This document shows, piece after piece, positions 1 through 11,846 of a stretch of DNA of 53,543 bases (position 1 is its first letter; each line of letters opens with the position of its first letter). The position numbers and the translations under genes are program-made. This stretch comes from Hellea sp. GTDB taxonomy: Bacteria; Pseudomonadota; Alphaproteobacteria; Caulobacterales; Maricaulaceae. The notes beneath the pieces were generated by a model that was not told the DNA's origin, searched no databases, and worked only from the letters and a program-made list of their open reading frames with translations. Location: positions 1 through 53,543 of the forward strand of contig JABGVR010000180.1 in assembly GCA_018645985.1 (NCBI GenBank). The letters are read 5' to 3'.

Positions 1-13
1 TACTAAACTCGGG

Positions 14-340
14 GTGCTAAAAACGCGGTCCGAGTTTTTACATGTAAGATCAGGTAAGTACAGGGCATTTAAAAACCTCGTGGTCCAAGCGAATGCTAAT
101 TCCAACAGCGAGGTCATAAGGGTTGGCTTTACTGCTACAAAAAAGATTGGTAACGCAGTAGTAAGAAATAAAGCCAAACGGCGCCTTAGACACGTGGCTC
201 GCGAGCTACTACCTGAATATGGTTTAAAGGGAGTAGATTATGTATTTATTGCTCGCAATTCCACGGCATCCACTCCATATGAAACCTTAATGAATAATAC
301 ACGTGATGCTCTTGCAAGCATCTCACAAATAAACAAATAA
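14..340 (+). CDS. rnpA: Ribonuclease P protein component (start may lie slightly upstream)
   Basis: RVGFTATKKIGNAVVRNKAKRRLR motif; upstream of yidC. Confidence 0.95.
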   Translation: MLKTRSEFLHVRSGKYRAFKNLVVQANANSNSEVIRVGFTATKKIGNAVVRNKAKRRLRHVARELLPEYGLKGVDYVFIARNSTASTPYETLMNNTRDALASISQINK

Positions 341-367
341 GTATCTAAAAGTTAGAACGGCTAAATT

Positions 368-2119
368 ATGCAAGACCAAGGCAATGACCAGAAAAATTTT
401 ATTTTAGCCATGTTACTATCAGGCTTGGTGCTCATGGCTTATTGGTTTTTCTATGGGCAACCATTAGAGGAAATGGCGAGAGAAAATGCTGCTTTAGAGC
501 TCAGTCAGGGTACAAATAAAGACATTGAATTATCAAATAGGGACCAAACAATTCAAACCAAAAGTCCAACGGGCCAAAGAATTAATATAGAAACCGCCTC
601 TATTTCTGGATCGTTCAATACAGAAGGCTCAAGGTTTGATGATATTGCATTAAAGAACTACGATAAAACCTTGGATACGGCGGATGGCTCAGTCATTCTA
701 TTAGCTCAAGAAGGAAATGAAAAATCAGCTTATTTAATGGATAACTGGACAAATATTAATGGGGGTAATGGGTCAGATACAAAGTGGACATTAGTCTCAG
801 GAGGGACTCTCACTGAAACCTCACCTATATATCTTGAGTATTTAAATGATGAGCTCCTGGTTCAAAGAAAAGTATCCATAGATAATAAGTTTTTAATTAC
901 ATTATCTGATAAAGTGGTAAACTTAAGTAGCAGTGAAAAAACTATCACTCGAGTTGGGGTTAGTCGTCAACACAATTTACCCGACGACTTAACTAACTTT
1001 TTTATTGTCCAAGAGGGCCCCATTTCATTGGTGGACGGAAAGTATCATGATCAAAAGTACAAAGGCCTTAAGAAAAAAAGCAATTGGAATGAAACTGGAA
1101 AAGCTGGATGGGCGGGATTAACTGATAAATACTGGTTCATCGCCAATATTGCTCCACAAGATCAGACTATCAAAGTGAATTATGATTTCAAAACCATAAA
1201 TACTCAAGACGTTTATGAGACCTCCTACACTTTGAGCCCCTTAACACTAACTTCAGGTTCTTCTGTTGAATCTACAAGCCACTTGTATGTTGGCCCCAAA
1301 GAACGCTCAACCCTAGTAAATTATGAATTACAAGGGATAGCAGAAATGGAAAGGGCAATTGACTGGGGAGCGATGAGGTTAATCGTTAGGCCTATAAGCT
1401 GGACACTTAGCTTTCTAGGATCAAAGCTAGGCAATTACGGACTTGGAATACTCGTTTTAACATTTTTCATAAAACTATTCATGTTTCCTTTATTTAATAA
1501 GCAATACGAGAGCCAAGCGAAAATGAAAAAAGTACAGCCGAAAGTAAAAAGGCTGCAAGAACTTTACAAAGATGATAGAATGAAAATGCAACAAGAAATG
1601 ATGGGCCTTTATAGGAAAGAAGGCGTAAACCCTGCAGCAGGTTGCTTACCTATAATACCTACTATTTTTGTATTCTTCTCACTTTACAAAGCTGTTTTTA
1701 TTAATATTGATTTACGCCATGAGCCTTTCTTCGGCTGGATACGTGATCTATCTGCAAAAGATCCACTCTCGATTTTAAATGGCTTTGGTGTTTTACCATG
1801 GGAAGCTGTTCCAGGGCCCATACCATCGATTCTTGCGATTGGGCCACTAGCAATTTTATACGGCATATCAATGAGCCTCATGTACACTTTAACTCCGCCT
1901 GCAGGGGATCCAATGCAAGCCAAAATATTTAAGTTTATGCCCTGGATATTTATGTTTATTCTCTCACCTTTTGCAGCAGGTCTTTTAATATACTGGGTTT
2001 GGAATAATATTTTATCTTTTGGTCAGCAGTACTACATAACCAGGAAGTTCAAAGTCGACACTCCTGTAGATGAATTCTGGAGAAAAATAACAGGTAAAAA
2101 TACATCTGGTAAAGAGTAA
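368..2119 (+). CDS. yidC: Membrane protein insertase YidC
   Basis: N-terminal TM, periplasmic domain, GWAGLTDKYW, IDWG, NPAAGCLP, GLLIYWVWNN. Confidence 0.97.
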   Translation: MQDQGNDQKNFILAMLLSGLVLMAYWFFYGQPLEEMARENAALELSQGTNKDIELSNRDQTIQTKSPTGQRINIETASISGSFNTEGSRFDDIALKNYDKTLDTADGSVILLAQEGNEKSAYLMDNWTNINGGNGSDTKWTLVSGGTLTETSPIYLEYLNDELLVQRKVSIDNKFLITLSDKVVNLSSSEKTITRVGVSRQHNLPDDLTNFFIVQEGPISLVDGKYHDQKYKGLKKKSNWNETGKAGWAGLTDKYWFIANIAPQDQTIKVNYDFKTINTQDVYETSYTLSPLTLTSGSSVESTSHLYVGPKERSTLVNYELQGIAEMERAIDWGAMRLIVRPISWTLSFLGSKLGNYGLGILVLTFFIKLFMFPLFNKQYESQAKMKKVQPKVKRLQELYKDDRMKMQQEMMGLYRKEGVNPAAGCLPIIPTIFVFFSLYKAVFINIDLRHEPFFGWIRDLSAKDPLSILNGFGVLPWEAVPGPIPSILAIGPLAILYGISMSLMYTLTPPAGDPMQAKIFKFMPWIFMFILSPFAAGLLIYWVWNNILSFGQQYYITRKFKVDTPVDEFWRKITGKNTSGKE

Positions 2120-2772
2120 TGGTAAAAAGTGATAACCAATCATCTATTTCAAAAAATAGTATTGAAAAAGGGCGCCTATTATTTGCTAGAGATGTAACTT
2201 TCATGCTTAGTGCAGTCAGCCTTGATACTCTCCCCTCGGCACGGCTTCCTGAAATATGCTTTGCGGGAAGGTCTAATGTTGGAAAATCAAGTTTAATTAA
2301 TGCACTCACAAATAGAAAAGGCTTGGCACGGGCTTCGAATACTCCTGGTCGTACCAGAGAGTTAAATTATTTCAACATTGACGAAAGATTATTTGTCGTT
2401 GACCTACCGGGTTATGGATATGCAAAAGCATCTAAGTCCGACATTGCCAAATGGACTAAATTAACAAGGGAATTTTTATTTGGAAGAGCATCATTGCGCC
2501 GCGTTTTTTTGTTAATCGATAGTCGTCATGGGACTAAAGAAAGTGATATAGAACTTATGAATATGCTAGATGAGACAGCTGTTACATATCAGATAGTTTT
2601 GACAAAGATTGATAAAATAAAAAAAAACGAGATTGATAAAGTTCATATAAAAACCTCGGCTTTAATCGCCAAGCGCCCAGCGGCATATCCAAATATAATA
2701 CTTACATCTTCTGAGAAAAAAAGTGGTTTAGATGAATTGCGCTCAACAATAGCCAGTATAGCAATATCGTAG
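2119..2772 (+). CDS. engB: Ribosome biogenesis GTPase EngB/YihA
   Basis: GRSNVGKSS, SNTPGRT, DLPGYG, TKID motifs. Confidence 0.96.
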   Translation: MVKSDNQSSISKNSIEKGRLLFARDVTFMLSAVSLDTLPSARLPEICFAGRSNVGKSSLINALTNRKGLARASNTPGRTRELNYFNIDERLFVVDLPGYGYAKASKSDIAKWTKLTREFLFGRASLRRVFLLIDSRHGTKESDIELMNMLDETAVTYQIVLTKIDKIKKNEIDKVHIKTSALIAKRPAAYPNIILTSSEKKSGLDELRSTIASIAIS

Positions 2773-2848
2773 ATATTATAAAACTAGTGTAATATTATTT
2801 TTTTAAAGATATACTTAAAGCTATTAAATAACATAAATAGAGGCGGTA

Positions 2849-3712
2849 ATGTTGAAACGGCAAGAAAATCAAACGGGCTGGAAAAGTGCAAAAGAGCTTT
2901 CAGAAGCTTTGCCATTTATACAAAGGTACTCTGGTCAAACTATAGTTATTAAGTTTGGCGGCCATGCAATGGGCAATAAAGACCTTACAATGCAATTTGC
3001 ACGTGATGTAGTTCTCCTGAAGCAATTTGGTCTGTGTCCGGTTATTGTTCACGGCGGAGGCCCGCAAATTGGTTCTATGCTTAAAAAGCTTAACATTAAG
3101 ACAGAGTTTGTAGATGGCTTACGGGTATCAGACATTGAAACAGTAGGTGTAGCTGAAATGGTTCTTTCTGGAGCAATAAATAAGTCAATAGTCCAAGCCA
3201 TAAATGATGCAGGTGGACGCGCTGTTGGACTATCAGGACGTGATGCAAACCTGATCACAGCAACACAAAAAGATAGTAGCTTAGGGTTCACTGGAACCCC
3301 TGTATCAACTGATATATCAGTTCTAAATGTTTTAACTTCAGCAGAACCTGGTTTTATTCCAGTGATATCGCCAATCAGTAGTGGTAATGATGGAAGTTCT
3401 TATAATGTTAATGCCGATACAGCAGCCGGAGTACTAGCCGGTGCCTTAAAAGCATCGCGTTTAATGCTACTTACAGATGTCGAAGGGGTAATGGACAATG
3501 AAAAGCAATTACTCACAGACTTAACTATTAATGATGCTAAAAATTTGATCGAGAAGGGTGTCGCCAAAGGTGGAATGATACCTAAACTTGAAACAGCAAT
3601 TAATTCTATTGCCAGTGGCGTTAAAGCAGTTGTGATTTTGGATGGCCGCAAACCTCATGGCCTATTAGTGGAGTTATTTACAGATCAAGGTGCCGGAACT
3701 TTGATTAAATGA
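2849..3712 (+). CDS. argB: Acetylglutamate kinase
   Basis: [28 protein letters not shown]. Confidence 0.96.
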   Translation: MLKRQENQTGWKSAKELSEALPFIQRYSGQTIVIKFGGHAMGNKDLTMQFARDVVLLKQFGLCPVIVHGGGPQIGSMLKKLNIKTEFVDGLRVSDIETVGVAEMVLSGAINKSIVQAINDAGGRAVGLSGRDANLITATQKDSSLGFTGTPVSTDISVLNVLTSAEPGFIPVISPISSGNDGSSYNVNADTAAGVLAGALKASRLMLLTDVEGVMDNEKQLLTDLTINDAKNLIEKGVAKGGMIPKLETAINSIASGVKAVVILDGRKPHGLLVELFTDQGAGTLIK

Positions 3713-4743
3713 AAACTTTTATTTCTACTTTCTTTAGTCTGACTTTCTCACTCCAAGCACTCTCTGCAACAGATCAACAAAATATATCTCAAAATAATAT
3801 TTCTCAAAATTGGCAAATTTGTAATGAGACAAGCTTCATATTGAATGTATCAACTGCTTATGAAAGTGAAGAAACAGGAGAATATAAAATAAATGATGAT
3901 ACAGAGATTTACCCAGGTGAATGTATAAACAAAGAGGTTCTAAATATATATCTTCGGTATATATATGCAAAGAGCAAACCTATCCATCAAGGCGGGGTTA
4001 GAGAGTGGCGAGGAAACTTCCAAATTTGCAATAATCTTGTTTCAGAATTGAAAAGTATTTCAAAAAACTGCCAAGAAAAAAACCTCGAATCTAAGTTTTT
4101 TAGGTCCATTAAACCGTCAGAAAATACAAGTTATTTAATCGAAAATAAAAACTTTAAAAGCAAAGCAAGAACGGCGGGTATTCAACGTTTATTAAGTGAT
4201 AATGGTTATGATATGAATAAAATTGATGGTATTTCAGGAAGGAAGACTATCAAAGCTTTAAGTAAGTTCAAGAAACTCAATAAGCTGGAAAATGAAATTG
4301 ATAAAAAATTACTAATGCAAAAGCTTTCTAAAATGGCGGAAAAAGAAAGTCAAAAAGTGGGCCTCACTATTTGTAATAGAACTGAGGCACCCTTATGGAC
4401 TGCCCTTGGTACTGAAAATGGAAAAGAGATATCATCACGTGGATGGTGGAATATAAAAATCGATAAATGCACCCAAATTATAAATAGAAAACTCAACTCT
4501 AAAAAAACTTATTATTTTGCCCGCAGCGAAACTAAAGATATCATGAAATCAGAAGAAGGTAAAAAGTATTTGAATATAATCGCAGATAAGGCATCAACCA
4601 AAAACTTTTGCATTTCTAATTCTAAGTTTTCAGCAATAACAAACATTAATTGTACAGTCTCTGGGTACTATGATGCTCAATTTAGACAACTTCCGACCGA
4701 TATCGTAGGTTTGACAGTTACTTTAACTAATAATGATTTTTGA
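3709..4743 (+). CDS. Exported DUF1036-like protein with central peptidoglycan-binding-like domain
   Basis: Signal peptide; two ICN(E/R)T modules, SRGWW; GIQRLL..GY....IDG..G.KT segment. Confidence 0.65.
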   Translation: MKTFISTFFSLTFSLQALSATDQQNISQNNISQNWQICNETSFILNVSTAYESEETGEYKINDDTEIYPGECINKEVLNIYLRYIYAKSKPIHQGGVREWRGNFQICNNLVSELKSISKNCQEKNLESKFFRSIKPSENTSYLIENKNFKSKARTAGIQRLLSDNGYDMNKIDGISGRKTIKALSKFKKLNKLENEIDKKLLMQKLSKMAEKESQKVGLTICNRTEAPLWTALGTENGKEISSRGWWNIKIDKCTQIINRKLNSKKTYYFARSETKDIMKSEEGKKYLNIIADKASTKNFCISNSKFSAITNINCTVSGYYDAQFRQLPTDIVGLTVTLTNNDF

Positions 4744-4776
4744 AATATTTTTATTAATTAATTAAGAAGCTACAAT

Positions 4777-5478
4777 ATGAAACAGAAATCTAATCTCTCA
4801 AATATAAATAATTGGATTTTCGATTTAGATAATACACTCTACCGAGCTGACGCAAATTTCTTCTCACAGATCGATAGGAAAATTACTAAATATATAAGTG
4901 AATACCTTAAAATTCCAGAATTTAATGCACGCCTTTATCAAAAAGAATTTCTGAGAGACTACGGCACGTCACTATCGGGAATGATGTCCGTACACAATAT
5001 GGATCCAGACGAGTTTCTTGAGTTTGTTCATGATGTAGATTTATCATCTTTGACCCCACAACCAAAACTTCGTAACAATTTAAAATTACTCAAAGGGAGA
5101 AAATTTGTATTCACCAATGGGTCACGTCAGCATGCACTGAATGTAACAAATCATTTAAAACTTAATGATTTGTTTGATGGAAGTTTTGGTATTGAAGATA
5201 CAAATTACAATCCTAAACCCAATGAAAATGCATACACTATTTTCTGTGAGCACTATCAAGTTGACCCCAAGATGGCTATATTTTTTGAGGACAGTCCACG
5301 CAATCTTATAATCCCAAAAAAGATGGGTATGAAAACTGTGTTAGTGACTTCAGATGTAGATTGGAGTCATGAGCCTCAGAGCACGAGACCTGCAGGTAAT
5401 GACACAATAGCTGACTGGATTGATTTCAAAACGGATGATATTGAAAGTTGGTTAACTGAACACATATTATCCAAATGA
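4777..5478 (+). CDS. Pyrimidine 5'-nucleotidase (HAD family)
   Basis: WIFDLDNTLY, FTNG, PKP, FFEDSPRNL. Confidence 0.9.
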   Translation: MKQKSNLSNINNWIFDLDNTLYRADANFFSQIDRKITKYISEYLKIPEFNARLYQKEFLRDYGTSLSGMMSVHNMDPDEFLEFVHDVDLSSLTPQPKLRNNLKLLKGRKFVFTNGSRQHALNVTNHLKLNDLFDGSFGIEDTNYNPKPNENAYTIFCEHYQVDPKMAIFFEDSPRNLIIPKKMGMKTVLVTSDVDWSHEPQSTRPAGNDTIADWIDFKTDDIESWLTEHILSK

Positions 5479-5503
5479 TTGAAAAAATAACATGGTGTAA
5501 TTT

Positions 5504-6667
5504 ATGAAAATAATGATTAAAATTTCAATATTTTTTCTTATAATTTCATTAATTGTAATATTCCTGGTGAGCAAAATAGTGGCGCCAAGCCAAGATGCAA
5601 AAATGAATGAAGTAATACCCCATGAAAACTATAAGGTATCAAATAAAAGCGAGAAGTTACACAAAAGTTTGTTTATAACTGATCTCCACTCAGATACACT
5701 CTTATGGAGCCGAAACCCAGAGAAACGTTGGAAACGCGGTCATGTAGACCTACCACGCCTACGAGAAGGCGGGGTAAATATGCAAGTATTTAGTGCTGTA
5801 ACAAAATCTCCTAGAGGCCTCAATTTTGATTCAAACTCACCTGATGCTCCTGATGATATTAGCTTATTAATTAAAGCCCAACTTTGGCCTCCTCGAACTT
5901 GGAATTCAATATTTGAAAGGGCAGTTTATCAAGCTCAAAGACTGCATAAACTAGAAAGTAATCCAAGTAATAATTTGCTAATTGTAAGAAATAAAACAGA
6001 CATGGAACATGCAGATAAGAAAATACTAGCACTGTTATTAACAGAAGGGTCACACCCACTGGAAGGGAAAATAGAAAATATAAATAACCTTTACGATGCC
6101 GGTTACAGAGCGATGGGACTTCAACATTTCTTTGATAATAAATTAGGTGGATCACTTCATGGGAAATCACAAAGTGGGTTAACGGATTTTGGAAGAGAAG
6201 CTGTCCTTGAAATGGAACGCATGAACATTATGATAGATGTAGCACATAGCTCAATAAATACTGTAAAAGATGTTCTTAACACAATTGAGGGGCCTATTTT
6301 CATTTCACATGGCGGAACAATAAGCGGGTGTGAGAAGACATTTAACCGTAACCTACCGGATAAGATACTAAAAGAAATATCGAAGAGAGGCGGAATACTT
6401 GGTATTGGTTATTTCGATGGGGCTATTTGTGATATTTCACCAAAAGGTATAGCAAGAGAAATTATACATGCCATTTCAATAATGGGTGAAAATTCAATAG
6501 CACTAGGGTCAGATTTTGATGGAACTGTAACAACCACCATAGATACTTCCGAATTATCAGCGATAACGTATCAGTTACTCGAGCAAGGCTTAACTGAAAA
6601 ACAAATTCGTAAGGTTATGGGGGAAAATGCTAGGGACTTCTTTTTAAGAAATCTACCTGAAATCTAA
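5504..6667 (+). CDS. Membrane dipeptidase (peptidase M19)
   Basis: DLHSD, HVDLPRL, IDVAH, ALGSDFDG, KVMGEN. Confidence 0.9.
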   Translation: MKIMIKISIFFLIISLIVIFLVSKIVAPSQDAKMNEVIPHENYKVSNKSEKLHKSLFITDLHSDTLLWSRNPEKRWKRGHVDLPRLREGGVNMQVFSAVTKSPRGLNFDSNSPDAPDDISLLIKAQLWPPRTWNSIFERAVYQAQRLHKLESNPSNNLLIVRNKTDMEHADKKILALLLTEGSHPLEGKIENINNLYDAGYRAMGLQHFFDNKLGGSLHGKSQSGLTDFGREAVLEMERMNIMIDVAHSSINTVKDVLNTIEGPIFISHGGTISGCEKTFNRNLPDKILKEISKRGGILGIGYFDGAICDISPKGIAREIIHAISIMGENSIALGSDFDGTVTTTIDTSELSAITYQLLEQGLTEKQIRKVMGENARDFFLRNLPEI

Positions 6668-6702
6668 TGTTTGAATGGAACAATGAAACAGATTTGAGTA
6701 AG

Positions 6703-6828
6703 CTAACCTTGACGGGCTTTAAAACGAGGGTCTGTTTTATTAATAACGTAAAGTCTTCCTTTACGTCTTACTATTTGACAATCACGATGGCGATTTTTTA
6801 AAGATTTCAAAGAACTGCGGACTTTCAT
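6703..6828 (-). CDS. rpmJ: 50S ribosomal protein bL36, zinc-free type B (41 aa; absent from ORF track)
   Basis: Manual translation [41 protein letters not shown]. Confidence 0.97.
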   Translation of the reverse strand: MKVRSSLKSLKNRHRDCQIVRRKGRLYVINKTDPRFKARQG

Positions 6829-6863
6829 CGTACTAGCCTAAATTAGTTAAATTAAAGATGCGC

Positions 6864-6892
6864 ATATAGGGCCCAAAATTTCTACAGTCAAG
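6864..6892 (-). promoter_or_regulatory. sigma70 promoter of rpmJ
   Basis: CTTGAC-N17-CTATAT, exact alphaproteobacterial RpoD consensus, 35 bp before the ATG. Confidence 0.7.
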
Positions 6893-6996
6893 AGATTTTG
6901 AACAAAGAAAATTGACAATATAATTAATTAAATAATGAATTAACCCTTGGCCCCGCTCTCTCCCTCGCTTATGAGATTAGTACTATTCTTATCATA

Positions 6997-8478
6997 ATGG
7001 ATAAACTTATGGAAACCTTTGCTGTTTTAATGGAAAAACTTAATAATTTTGTCTGGGGGCCTCCAATGATGATCTTATTATTAGGGGTAGGTCTTTTTCT
7101 AACAGTCGGTTTGCGGTTTATATCGCTGACCAAAATAGGCTATGGGTTCAATCAGCTCTTTAAAAAACGTGATGACAATGCAGGCCAAGGAGAGGTTTCG
7201 CCTTTTGCGGCATTAATGACAGCTCTCTCATCAACTGTCGGAACAGGAAATATTGCAGGAGTCGCAGCGGCAATCGCAATCGGTGGGCCTGGAGCGGTCT
7301 TTTGGATGTGGGTAACTGCAATTTTGGGAACAGCAACTAAATTTGGTGAAGGCGTGTTAGCGGTCCGTTTCCGTGAGGTTGACTCAAATGGAAATCGTGT
7401 TGGCGGACCAATGTATTACATTAAGAATGGATTAGGGCCAAAATGGCTATGGCTAGCTGGAGCTTTCGCATTTTTTGGAATTATAGGCTCGCTATCTACA
7501 GGTAATGCAGTTCAGGCAAACTCCATAGCTGATGCGCTGAAAAGTGCTTATAATTTTGACCCGCGGATTGTGGCTATAGTTTTGTCTCTTCTTGTAGCGA
7601 CCGTTATTATAGGTGGCATCAAACGTATTGGTGCAGTTGCATCGAAGCTGGTCCCCTTTATGGCCATTATATATTTAGTAGCTGCACTTGTCGTTATAGC
7701 GGCTAATATCGGAGAAGTTCCAGCCGCATTTAGTCTCATTTTCAAAGGGGCATTTGGCATGCAGGGTGCAGGCACTGGAATTACCATTGGGCTTATGATG
7801 CTTGCCATGCAAAAAGGCGTGGCTCGTGGACTTTTTTCAAATGAAGCTGGACAAGGTTCCGCTCCCATAGCACATGCAGCCGCACAAAATGACAATCCCG
7901 TAAATCAAGGTATAATAGCTATGCTTGGCACAATCATAGATACGCTAATCATATGCACAATAACTGCTCTGGTGATACTAACTTCAGGAGTCATGTCAAA
8001 TGATTGCTTGGCTAATCCTGCAATTTTAGAGTTATTAGAATCGGGAACTACCCCTCAAGGCTGCGAAATTGGAGTGCCGCTAACAGCCGCGGCTTTTGAC
8101 ACTATTCTTGTTGGGTTTGGGGAGCATATTGTTACATTCTGCTTATGCATATTTGCTTTCACTACCATTATAGGATGGTCTTATTATGGTGAACGTTGCA
8201 CGGCATTTATTTTCAAAGAAAAATCAATTCCTATTTTTAGAGTATTTTGGGTTTTAGCAGTATTCCTATCAAGTTACGCACTCTCATTTGAGACCGGTGA
8301 AGATAACTTAGTAGTGGCAACATTTTGGTTAATAGCTGATAGTTTGACTGGATTAATGGCAGCCCCGAACTTAATTGCTATCATTCTCCTTTCGCCAGTG
8401 ATATTTAAATTAGCCAAAGAGTACTTCCAAAATGACCGCTTATCTGTGAGCAGTCATAAAAATAAAAGTAACAAATAG
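6997..8478 (+). CDS. Alanine/glycine:cation symporter (AGCS family)
   Basis: [36 protein letters not shown]. Confidence 0.95.
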   Translation: MDKLMETFAVLMEKLNNFVWGPPMMILLLGVGLFLTVGLRFISLTKIGYGFNQLFKKRDDNAGQGEVSPFAALMTALSSTVGTGNIAGVAAAIAIGGPGAVFWMWVTAILGTATKFGEGVLAVRFREVDSNGNRVGGPMYYIKNGLGPKWLWLAGAFAFFGIIGSLSTGNAVQANSIADALKSAYNFDPRIVAIVLSLLVATVIIGGIKRIGAVASKLVPFMAIIYLVAALVVIAANIGEVPAAFSLIFKGAFGMQGAGTGITIGLMMLAMQKGVARGLFSNEAGQGSAPIAHAAAQNDNPVNQGIIAMLGTIIDTLIICTITALVILTSGVMSNDCLANPAILELLESGTTPQGCEIGVPLTAAAFDTILVGFGEHIVTFCLCIFAFTTIIGWSYYGERCTAFIFKEKSIPIFRVFWVLAVFLSSYALSFETGEDNLVVATFWLIADSLTGLMAAPNLIAIILLSPVIFKLAKEYFQNDRLSVSSHKNKSNK

Positions 8479-8513
8479 TTAATTTATTTAGTCATGTATT
8501 TAGGAGTTACCTA

Positions 8514-8786
8514 ATGAATATTATTAACCCCAAGGTTGCGGTTGAAGAATTAGACGGCTGGACAGGCGGTGATGATTTTATAACAAAAATTTTTAAATTT
8601 AAGGACTTTGTTGAAGCATTTAGCTTTATGACTAACATTGCAATGATTGCAGAAAAAATGAATCATCATCCTGAATGGTATAATGTTTATAATAGAGTAG
8701 ATATAACGCTCACAACTCATGATTCAGGCGGAGTAACTGAAAAAGATATATCTCTTGCCAAAGCCATGGAAATGGCAGCTCGTTAA
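8514..8786 (+). CDS. phhB: 4a-hydroxytetrahydrobiopterin dehydratase
   Basis: [23 protein letters not shown]. Confidence 0.93.
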   Translation: MNIINPKVAVEELDGWTGGDDFITKIFKFKDFVEAFSFMTNIAMIAEKMNHHPEWYNVYNRVDITLTTHDSGGVTEKDISLAKAMEMAAR

Positions 8787-8838
8787 TTAAGCTTATGCTA
8801 ATGACGAATATTTTTTATTGTGTTAATGAAGATCTCCG

Positions 8839-10005
8839 ATGACCTCTACTTTGATAGCCAACACCCAGCCAAAAATAATATCTGATTCAGATTGTCGTAT
8901 AAAGTTGGTAGGCTTAGGACGAAATGAAATTTCGTATCATCTAGAAAATTTTGGAATAGAAAAACAAAAATTAAAAATGCGAACAAAGCAAATATTCCAC
9001 TGGATTTATAATTACGGGGTACGTGATTGGTCGGAAATGACAAATATAACTAAGAGCCTTAGGAAAGAATTGGAAATCAGATTTTCGCTTGATCGCCCAA
9101 AGGTCATAGAAAAGCAGGTAAGTAATGATGGAACTCGAAAATATTTAATTCAGATGAGCCCCGGTATAGAAGTAGAAAGTGTTTTTATACCAGATGTTTC
9201 GAAAACTGGCGCGCTGTGTGTTTCATCTCAAGTAGGCTGCACTTTAACTTGTAAGTTTTGCCATACAGGTACGCAAAAGTTAGTCAGAAATCTTACGGCC
9301 CGAGAAATAGTATTGCAAGTTATTGCAGCTCGTGACGATCTAAATGAGTGGCCCACAACACAGGAAAATAGAAAACTTACTAATATTGTATTTATGGGCA
9401 TGGGTGAACCCTTATACAATTCAGAACAGGTAGGAAATAGTTTAGATATAATTTGCGATCCAGAGGGCATCGGCATAGGTAGGCGCAGGATTACTATTTC
9501 AACATCAGGTATTGTTCCAGAAATTGGTCCTATTGGGTTAAGAACATCAGCCATGCTGGCCATCTCTCTTCACGCTGCAAACGATGAGCTTCGTGAAAAA
9601 ATAATGCCCATTAATCGTAAGTACCCCCTTAAGGAGCTAATGCAAGCATGTCGTGATTACCCGGGTTTATCCAACTCTAAAAGGATTACTTTTGAATATG
9701 TAATGCTTAAAGGAGTAAATGATAAACCTAAACATGCTAAACAGCTGATAAACCTTTTAAAGGGCATACCCTCTAAAGTTAATCTAATTCCTTTCAATCC
9801 ATGGCCTGGTAGTGATTTTGAATGCTCTGACTGGGCCACAATAGAAAGCTTTGCAGATATAGTAAATAAAGCAGGATATGCTTCACCAATTAGAACTCCA
9901 AGAGGCCGCGATATTCTTGCAGCATGCGGACAACTAAAGTCAGAGTCTGAAAAATTGAGAGCTAGTGATTTAAGAAAATTGAATATATCCAGTAATAAAA
10001 GCTAA
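8839..10005 (+). CDS. rlmN: Dual-specificity RNA methyltransferase RlmN
   Basis: [34 protein letters not shown]. Confidence 0.97.
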   Translation: MTSTLIANTQPKIISDSDCRIKLVGLGRNEISYHLENFGIEKQKLKMRTKQIFHWIYNYGVRDWSEMTNITKSLRKELEIRFSLDRPKVIEKQVSNDGTRKYLIQMSPGIEVESVFIPDVSKTGALCVSSQVGCTLTCKFCHTGTQKLVRNLTAREIVLQVIAARDDLNEWPTTQENRKLTNIVFMGMGEPLYNSEQVGNSLDIICDPEGIGIGRRRITISTSGIVPEIGPIGLRTSAMLAISLHAANDELREKIMPINRKYPLKELMQACRDYPGLSNSKRITFEYVMLKGVNDKPKHAKQLINLLKGIPSKVNLIPFNPWPGSDFECSDWATIESFADIVNKAGYASPIRTPRGRDILAACGQLKSESEKLRASDLRKLNISSNKS

Positions 10006-10071
10006 CTTAATTTGGTATTGATTTTAAGAACTACGCAACTAAAGTCTACCAACATATATAAGGGATATAAG

Positions 10072-10533
10072 ATGGCACTTTTAGGAAATATCATTTGGTT
10101 CTTATTAGGCGGCTGGTTACTTTTTATACTATATTCAATTTCAGCGATAATATTTTTCCCCGTATTTTTACCTTTATTTAGAATTGCAGTTTACGCGGCT
10201 TTTCCATTTGGTAGAAGTGTAATTAGTAAAAGGAAATTAGATAAATATCGTGAATTAAATGGAAACGATACAGAAAATTCCGCAATGACCACTGTAGCTG
10301 GATTTCTCAATATTTTGTGGATTATTACATTCGGTTGGATTTTAGCTTTATCGCACTTATTGGCTTCTATAGCGAACCTCTTCTTATTTTTTCTAATCAT
10401 AACAATACCAAATATTACAGGCCATTGGAAAATGATACGGATAGCATTTATGCCTTTCAATACTGTTATTATACCCAAAACCCTTGCAAATGAGATTGAT
10501 ACAGCCTTAGCCAAAGGCAAATTTAATTTATAA
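10072..10533 (+). CDS. YccF-domain inner membrane protein
   Basis: LGNIIWFLLGGW ... PFG repeated architecture; ATG at 10072 preferred. Confidence 0.75.
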   Translation: MALLGNIIWFLLGGWLLFILYSISAIIFFPVFLPLFRIAVYAAFPFGRSVISKRKLDKYRELNGNDTENSAMTTVAGFLNILWIITFGWILALSHLLASIANLFLFFLIITIPNITGHWKMIRIAFMPFNTVIIPKTLANEIDTALAKGKFNL

Positions 10534-10580
10534 TTTGATTTTAGACTATCTGTCTAGTTGACACCAGTGCCTAAAGGTAA

Positions 10581-11018
10581 TTGATAGAAGCTATGGATTA
10601 CCCGGAAAATGTAAAAGAGATGATTAACGACTTCCAGTTTTTAACTGATTGGGAGGATCGTTATATGCACGTTATTGATATGGGTAAATTACTACCAAGT
10701 CTAAATGCGACGGAGAAAACTGATACTAACAAAGTTAAGGGATGCGTTAGTCAAGTATGGCTTATTTCAAATATCTCCGGTGGTCCAGACCCTATGATAA
10801 ATTTTCGTGGCGATAGCGATGCGCATATAGTCAAAGGGCTGGTAGCAATAACACTAGAAATATTTTCAAATAGGAAATCTTCAGAAATACTAAGTCTGAA
10901 TGCGATTGAGATACTCAGAGAACTTGGGCTTGACGAGCACCTATCATTACAGCGTGCTAATGGTTTGAAAGCTATGATAGCAAAAATTAAAGATTATGCT
11001 CAAGATGCATTAAATTAG
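10581..11018 (+). CDS. sufE: Fe-S assembly sulfur acceptor, SufE family
   Basis: WEDRY, KVKGCVSQVWL, GDSDAHIVKGL, LSLQRANGL. Confidence 0.93.
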   Translation: MIEAMDYPENVKEMINDFQFLTDWEDRYMHVIDMGKLLPSLNATEKTDTNKVKGCVSQVWLISNISGGPDPMINFRGDSDAHIVKGLVAITLEIFSNRKSSEILSLNAIEILRELGLDEHLSLQRANGLKAMIAKIKDYAQDALN

Positions 11019-11049
11019 AGCAGAAAAAATTTATATTACAATTAGTGTA

Positions 11050-11580
11050 TTACTTTCCGTAAACCACAATCTCACTGGATATCGCATTTCCTTTTCTTTT
11101 AAGAATATACAAACGATTGTATTCCGTAGCCTCTATAATAGGCTCTCCAGCAATACCGCCCATAAATTTAGAAAGATCCGGAGTAGTATTCGAGTGCCCA
11201 ACAACTAGAAATATTCCTTCTTTTGATAAAAGCTCTTTGGATAAACCCACTAAGTCTTTTGGATTATAAAGAAGAATTTCAAGGTTTTTATTGTCTGATA
11301 CTGGTTTAGCGGTATTTATGGTTCTCTTAAAATCGGAAGAGTAAATATGTGTTAAGGGTACACCTTTTAATCTATCTGCGAGATCCTTGGCTCTTTGTCT
11401 TCCTAATTCTGTTAGGTCTGGATCAACTTTTTCTGTGGTTTTCTCTGCATGTCTTACCAAGTAATACTGAGCATCAAAAGCAGTAGTATTCAGGATGGGA
11501 TAACTATCCGTAATGATTAAAGAGCTGCAACTAACCAAGATGAATAATGAAAGAATTATTGTTAATTTTCGTATTATCAT
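11050..11580 (-). CDS. Histidine phosphatase family lipoprotein
   Basis: Lipobox LVSC; LVRHAEK, RT..TA, VVGHSNT. Confidence 0.85.
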   Translation of the reverse strand: MIIRKLTIILSLFILVSCSSLIITDSYPILNTTAFDAQYYLVRHAEKTTEKVDPDLTELGRQRAKDLADRLKGVPLTHIYSSDFKRTINTAKPVSDNKNLEILLYNPKDLVGLSKELLSKEGIFLVVGHSNTTPDLSKFMGGIAGEPIIEATEYNRLYILKRKGNAISSEIVVYGK

Positions 11581-11663
11581 TTCATCAGCGCTCTTTTACA
11601 ATTCCTGGACTTGCAGGCAATTTTATTAGTGTAAACTCTTCTTTAGCTTAAACTTTTGAAAAT

Positions 11664-11846
11664 TTATTTTTTCTTCTTATCATTTTTTTTATTTTCTATA
11701 TTTTTTGCTCTTGCTTTGAACCCTAGATCAAAGCCCAACAAACTTATTATAGTTGTTAAGAGTGCAAAAGGCGGATAGCGCAAAGTCAGCAAGACGAATA
11801 CCCCTAGAGACAAACCCAAAATAACTGCGTACGGATGTAATTTCAT
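11664..11846 (-). CDS. Small two-TM membrane protein (60 aa, MKLHPYAV...)
   Basis: ATG overlaps the HNH stop (ATGA); two hydrophobic segments and a Lys-rich tail. Confidence 0.55.
   Translation of the reverse strand: MKLHPYAVILGLSLGVFVLLTLRYPPFALLTTIISLLGFDLGFKARAKNIENKKNDKKKK

Noticed and set aside
1-367. Arrest-peptide (MifM-like) gene or yidD upstream of yidC
   Set aside because: rnpA ends 27 bp before yidC, leaving no room, and its C-terminus has no RAPP-like motif.
6668-6996. Glycine riboswitch or sRNA before the Ala/Gly symporter
   Set aside because: No glycine aptamer motifs; the space is explained by rpmJ and its promoter.
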